The position numbers and the translations under genes were made by a program. Of a DNA stretch of 64,000 nt, positions 59,131-64,000 are shown piece after piece; within the stretch, counting starts at the first letter, position 1; each line of letters begins with the position of its first letter. The notes below the pieces were generated by a model. It was given only the letters and a program-made list of their open reading frames with translations, ran no database searches and was not told the origin of the DNA. Where the stretch lies: contig CBDCZH010000007.1 in assembly GCA_965224485.1 (NCBI GenBank), forward strand, positions 1 through 64,000. The letters run 5' to 3'. The DNA comes from Arcobacteraceae bacterium (GTDB lineage: Bacteria > Campylobacterota > Campylobacteria > Campylobacterales > Arcobacteraceae).

Positions 59131-59978
59131 TGAACTCTCCTTTGTTTATTAAATATTGTTTCATATGTTTTTAAATTCCAATTTATATAATCTCTAGGGT
59201 TTAAAACCTTTGAGGCGTATCTTACTTCATAATGTAAATGAGGACCAGTACTACGACCTGAATTTCCACTCAAACCTATTAATTGATTACGTTTAATAAC
59301 ATCACCAATCTTAACTTTTGTTTTAGACAAATGTGCATACACACTTTCAAAACCAAAATTATGAGATATAATTATAACTCTACCGAAATCACCCTTATTA
59401 TATGGTTGAACGAAACGAACAACACCATCAGCTGTTGCATAAACTGATGTTTTTAATCTTGCTCTTAAATCCAAACCTCTATGAAACTTTTTTCTTTTTG
59501 TAACAGGATGAACTCTATATCCAAAAGAAGATTTTACTAAAGTTTCTTCAAGAGGTGAGCCATTTGGAATAGTATTTAACATATACATTTTTTGAGCTGA
59601 TGTTATTTGTGCTAAAATTGCTCTATTTATTGCACCTTTCTCATCATTTTTCTTAATTCCTATAATTTCTTCAATATTATCAAGTTTTGAACTTAACTCT
59701 TCAATATCTTTTACTTTACCCTTAATTTGCATAGAATAAAATAGATTTTGAGCTTGAAGCTTTTTTTCTTTTTCAATTAATAAATTCATTTCAATTTTTT
59801 TATCAGCTCGTAAATCATCCATCTCTTGGGATAAAAAATTTATAAACCAAAAAGAACCAGCTAATACCAAAATAGAGATAAATATTATTATTATAATACT
59901 TTTTTTAACTACTTGATGAATATTATAAGACTTAGTACTATTTACATCAGATACTGTTATTATCAATCTATTTTTCAT
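59073..59978 (-). CDS. M23 peptidoglycan endopeptidase (Csd1-like)
   Basis: HRGLD, YAHL and STGPHLHYEV motifs; N-terminal TM and coiled coil. Confidence 0.92.
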   Translation of the reverse strand: MKNRLIITVSDVNSTKSYNIHQVVKKSIIIIIFISILVLAGSFWFINFLSQEMDDLRADKKIEMNLLIEKEKKLQAQNLFYSMQIKGKVKDIEELSSKLDNIEEIIGIKKNDEKGAINRAILAQITSAQKMYMLNTIPNGSPLEETLVKSSFGYRVHPVTKRKKFHRGLDLRARLKTSVYATADGVVRFVQPYNKGDFGRVIIISHNFGFESVYAHLSKTKVKIGDVIKRNQLIGLSGNSGRSTGPHLHYEVRYASKVLNPRDYINWNLKTYETIFNKQRRVQWESLVKLIKEQHRLEQQL

Positions 59979-61117
59979 TATAAGCCATATCTTTTTAAAT
60001 ATAATAAAAAATTCTCAACTACTGAAAATGACCCAAATACTAAATAGTTTTCATCTTTTTCTATTTTTATAAAATTTTCTTGTTTTATGTCTAATTTTTT
60101 ACAAACGTTTATCAATTCTTCACTCTTTACGACTCTTTTATCTTTGATTTTTATAATTAATATTTTCTTTATAATTGGTTTTAATATTCTTAAAACTTCC
60201 TCATAATTTTTATCTTTTAAACTATTATATACTAAAACTATTTTTTCTTCTCTTCTTAAAAACTCTTCTAATATTACCTTTGATGCTAATACATTATGCC
60301 CAACATCAATAGTAATATTTTTTCTGATTCTCTCACATCTTGCTTTTATCTTTACATCAGAAAAAAGTTCCATATCAATAGTAAAATTTAACTTCTTAAG
60401 TGCCATTATAGAAACACTAAGATTTTGTTTTAAATATTTTGGAAAATCTAATTTTTCTACATTTTCATCAATTTTACTAAAAAAATCATAAGTAATATTT
60501 TTACTTTCACAAAACTCTTTTGCATAAGTTATCACTTCTTTTTTAACCTGATGTGAGAGAATCATATGAGTATCAACAGAGCGCATCTTAGTTAAAGCTA
60601 TATCTTTTATAGTATTTCCTAAAAAAGTCTCATGATCGTAATGTATTGTTGTTACAAGTGATAAATCATTTTTTACAATATTTGTAGCATCAAACTCACC
60701 ACCTAAACCAGCTTCTAAAACTAAATAATCAAAAGAAGATGAAAGTTTTAAAGCAAGAAGAGTTGTATACTCAAAATATGTAAGTTTTAAACTTATATCT
60801 TGGGGTAAAATTTCTAATAACTCTTTATGTGTTTTATCTAAAAGTTCTGATGAAACATCAGAACCATTTATCCAAATTCTTTCATTAAAACTTAAAATAT
60901 GTGGAGAGCTATAATGAAGAGTTTTTTTATTGCTTTTATATAAATAATGAGCTAAAAACCTTCCAGTACTTCCTTTACCATTTGTTCCTACAAGATGTAT
61001 AACATATGGTAAAGAAATATGCTTTTGCAAACTTTTCCAAGCTAAAGCAATAATAGATAAATCTATTTTCTCATAAAATAGTTCTTTATCTTCTAAAAAT
61101 ATTTCTAAATCTGTCAT
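59978..61117 (-). CDS. folC: Folylpolyglutamate/dihydrofolate synthase
   Basis: VGTNGKGST, SPH, EAGLGG..DATN and FGSF motifs. Confidence 0.93.
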   Translation of the reverse strand: MTDLEIFLEDKELFYEKIDLSIIALAWKSLQKHISLPYVIHLVGTNGKGSTGRFLAHYLYKSNKKTLHYSSPHILSFNERIWINGSDVSSELLDKTHKELLEILPQDISLKLTYFEYTTLLALKLSSSFDYLVLEAGLGGEFDATNIVKNDLSLVTTIHYDHETFLGNTIKDIALTKMRSVDTHMILSHQVKKEVITYAKEFCESKNITYDFFSKIDENVEKLDFPKYLKQNLSVSIMALKKLNFTIDMELFSDVKIKARCERIRKNITIDVGHNVLASKVILEEFLRREEKIVLVYNSLKDKNYEEVLRILKPIIKKILIIKIKDKRVVKSEELINVCKKLDIKQENFIKIEKDENYLVFGSFSVVENFLLYLKRYGL

Positions 61118-61636
61118 TTATTTATAAGCAGTAATTGCAAGTTTTGAAATAACTTCATCTAAAGCTTTAGCAAAAGCTTTTTTAATAGCATCAAATCTTT
61201 TCGTATCAGAAATAGTTCCTTTTGAATTAGTTGAAAAATCATATCTTCCACTTACATCAAAACTTTTTATCTCTTCATTCTTATTTTTATACTTAACATT
61301 TAAAGTAACTGTTGCTTTATATAGTTTTACATAACCAGAATCATCATAACTTAGTTCTGAAAAATTTACATTTTTATAATCCAAATAAACAATAGTATCA
61401 GCTTGATCTTTTTTATAAACTAAAGTTTTATCTAAACGTTGTACTAAAAGTTCATGAAACACGTCTTTAATTAAAACAGAGTTTTTAGGATCTTTTATAT
61501 TTACATTCAAATCAACAAATATTTTTTCACCTAACTCTTTTTTTGCATAAGAACTTGAAGTTTTATAACCACAAGAGACAAACGACAAAGTAAGAATCAT
61601 TAAAAACAGAAAATTAAGTTTTTTTATTTTAAACAT
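61118..61636 (-). CDS. lptE: LPS assembly lipoprotein LptE-like
   Basis: Lipobox FVSCGY; conserved position downstream of leuS. Confidence 0.75.
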   Translation of the reverse strand: MFKIKKLNFLFLMILTLSFVSCGYKTSSSYAKKELGEKIFVDLNVNIKDPKNSVLIKDVFHELLVQRLDKTLVYKKDQADTIVYLDYKNVNFSELSYDDSGYVKLYKATVTLNVKYKNKNEEIKSFDVSGRYDFSTNSKGTISDTKRFDAIKKAFAKALDEVISKLAITAYK

Positions 61637-61645
61637 TATTAACCT

Positions 61646-64000
61646 TTATTTCACAACTAAATTAACTAATTTATTAGGAACAAGAATCTCTTTTACAATC
61701 TCTTTTCCTTCAATCCATTTTAAAGAAGCTTCTTTAGCAATACTTAAAATTTCTTCTTTTGAAGCACTTGGATTAACTTCAATTTCACATCTTTTTTTAC
61801 CATTAATAGTAATAGCTAACAGTATAGAGTCTTTAGCAAAAACTTCATCTTTAACTTCTATTTTTTCTTTAAAATTTTTCATTTCAAATAAATTATTTGC
61901 AATTTCCCAAGATAAATGAGGAATAACTGGTTCTAAAATATTACTTAAAATATAATAAGCCTCAGCCCATATTAACTTATTGTTTTGATTACCTAAAGCA
62001 TTCATAGCTTCCATTGAAGCGGCTATTAAAGTATTAAAAGCATATGTCTTATCAAATACATCATTTGATTTAACTAAAGCTTCGTATACTTTTAATCTAG
62101 CTTCTTTTTCATTTTTATCTAAATTTTTATGTTCAATATTTAGAATTTCATTTATACTAACACCTTGTGCCAATTCAGATTTATTAGAGAATTTTTTGAT
62201 AAATCTAAAAGCACCTTCAACAGCTGAATCATTCCACTCTAACTCTTTAGTTGGAGGCGCTGCAAACATCATAAATAATCGTGCAGTATCAGCCCCATAT
62301 TTTTTAATTATCTTATCAGGATCTACCACGTTTCCTTTTGATTTAGACATTTTAGCCCCATCTTTTAAAACCATACCTTGTGTAAGAAGTTTTTTAAAAG
62401 GTTCTTTAGAATTTGTATATCCTAAAGAATTTAAAGCTTTTGTAAAAAACCTTGCATATAAAAGGTGTAATATTGCATGCTCAATTCCACCAATATATTG
62501 ATCAACATCCATCCAATAATCACTATCATCAAGATTAATACCTTCTTTGTTCCATACTTTTGGATTTGTTGCATATCGCAAGAAATACCAAGAAGACTGT
62601 ACAAAAGTATCTAAAGTATCTGTTTCTCTTAAAGCAGGTTTTCCACACTTAGGACAAGAACAATGTTTCCAAGTAGGATGAGTATCTAAAGGATTACCCT
62701 CCCCTGTAATTTCTATATCATCAGGCAAAGAAATTGGTAAGTTTTCATTCTTTTCAGCTACTAATCCACAAGATTCACAATGAATAAAAGGAATAGGAGC
62801 TCCCCAGTATCTCTGTCTTGAAATACCCCAGTCTCTTAGTTTATAATTTATTTGTTTTTTACCAAAAGAGTTTTTCTCAAAATGATACATTATTGCTTTT
62901 TGTGCTTCTTTTGATTTTAAATGAGTAAAAGATTCAGAATCAATTAATACACCTTCACCTACAAAGGCTTCTTTTAAAGAAAGTTCTTTTCCATCTTTTC
63001 CTACAATTACTTGTTTGATATCTAGATTATACGCTTTCGCAAACTCAAAATCTCTTTGATCATGAGCTGGAACTGCCATAACCGCACCTGAACCATAAGA
63101 AACTAAAACAAAGTTAGCAACCCAAACAGGAATGCTTTCACCAGTTAATGGATGAATTACATCTATTTCTAAACTAACACCCTCTTTAGCTTGAATAGCT
63201 CTATCTCTTTCACTAACTTTTTGCATATCTTTTATTGCGTTAATTTTTTTACTAGAAATAAGTTTATTATCAAGTAAATATTTTACAATTTCATGCTCAG
63301 GAGAAAGTGCTGTATACGTTACTCCATAAATAGTATCAGGTCTAGTTGTAAAAACATCAAAAGACGAAAAGTTTCTATCAAGTTTATACCTAGACTCTTT
63401 TGAAAGTTCAAAAGTAAATTCTAAACCTTCACTTCTTCCTATCCAGTTTTTTTGCATAGTTAAAACTTGTGAGGGCCAAGTATCTTCTAAAGTATCTAAA
63501 TCATCTAATAAATCTTGTGCATATTTAGTAATACCTATATAATAACCAGGCATCTCTTTTTGTATAACTTCTGTATCACATCTCCAACAGCAACCATCTT
63601 CAACTTGTTCATTTGCTAAAACAGTATGACAAGGTTCACACCAGTTCACTGTTGTTGATTTTCTGTATAATAATTTCTCTTCATACATTTTAATTATAAA
63701 TTCTTGTTCCCATTTTGTATATAAAGGATCAGAAGTTGCAAATTCTCGCTCTTGTGAAAAAGATAGACCTAAACTTTTTAGTTCTTTTTTCATATAATCA
63801 ATATTTTCGTAAGTCCATTTTTTAGGATGAAGTTTGTGTTTGATAGCAGCATTTTCAGCTGGCATTCCAAAACTATCCCAACCAATAGGGTGAAGTACGT
63901 TAAAATCTTGTTTTCTAAAATGCCTTGCAAAAGCATCACCTAAACAGTAATTTCGTACATGACCCATATGAATTCTACCACTTGGGTATGGAAACATACT
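61646..64000 (-). CDS. leuS: Leucine-tRNA ligase (5' end beyond the window)
   Basis: MFPYPSG, HMGH and KMSKS motifs; editing domain TTRPDT. Confidence 0.98.
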   Translation of the reverse strand, partial: SMFPYPSGRIHMGHVRNYCLGDAFARHFRKQDFNVLHPIGWDSFGMPAENAAIKHKLHPKKWTYENIDYMKKELKSLGLSFSQEREFATSDPLYTKWEQEFIIKMYEEKLLYRKSTTVNWCEPCHTVLANEQVEDGCCWRCDTEVIQKEMPGYYIGITKYAQDLLDDLDTLEDTWPSQVLTMQKNWIGRSEGLEFTFELSKESRYKLDRNFSSFDVFTTRPDTIYGVTYTALSPEHEIVKYLLDNKLISSKKINAIKDMQKVSERDRAIQAKEGVSLEIDVIHPLTGESIPVWVANFVLVSYGSGAVMAVPAHDQRDFEFAKAYNLDIKQVIVGKDGKELSLKEAFVGEGVLIDSESFTHLKSKEAQKAIMYHFEKNSFGKKQINYKLRDWGISRQRYWGAPIPFIHCESCGLVAEKNENLPISLPDDIEITGEGNPLDTHPTWKHCSCPKCGKPALRETDTLDTFVQSSWYFLRYATNPKVWNKEGINLDDSDYWMDVDQYIGGIEHAILHLLYARFFTKALNSLGYTNSKEPFKKLLTQGMVLKDGAKMSKSKGNVVDPDKIIKKYGADTARLFMMFAAPPTKELEWNDSAVEGAFRFIKKFSNKSELAQGVSINEILNIEHKNLDKNEKEARLKVYEALVKSNDVFDKTYAFNTLIAASMEAMNALGNQNNKLIWAEAYYILSNILEPVIPHLSWEIANNLFEMKNFKEKIEVKDEVFAKDSILLAITINGKKRCEIEVNPSASKEEILSIAKEASLKWIEGKEIVKEILVPNKLVNLVVK

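Overview
Very AT-rich chromosomal segment of a Campylobacterota bacterium, most likely Arcobacteraceae (inferred from gene content and order such as suhB/accD/rlmH/dksA/dusB, prmA-ftsH-psd-like and leuS-lptE-folC-M23-bactofilin). It is mostly minus-strand housekeeping genes: leuA, ftsH, prmA, dusB, dksA, accD, metK, glmS, bioA, groESL, ispA, panD, xseA, ubiE, mfd, folC and leuS. Accessory modules are interspersed: a K+ channel/RCK operon with a DUF1538-DUF1538-PII-like fusion followed by a frameshifted MutS7-like gene; a PruR-like periplasmic protein paired with an orphan histidine kinase; a soluble MCP/PAS/CheW cluster; a Cpx-like two-component system; a sulfide dehydrogenase flavoprotein; an ArsR-copZ-copA copper module; a BrnT/BrnA toxin-antitoxin pair; an OlsF-like lipid synthase; and a degenerate primase-helicase. 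Reading the non-coding DNA revealed several features absent from the ORF track. These are a Leu-rich leader peptide before leuA, tandem start-codon/GGA repeats with an MENK uORF before metK, and a stand-alone multi-hairpin small transcript. There are also CIRCE and HAIR operators at groES, two covarying RPE-like palindromic elements, a GTAG-type REP, a Pho-box-like repeat, and three genes that appear to start at ATT or ATC codons. No rRNA, tRNA, CRISPR array, transposase or prophage was seen. All protein family calls come from motif recognition by eye; no database search was run.
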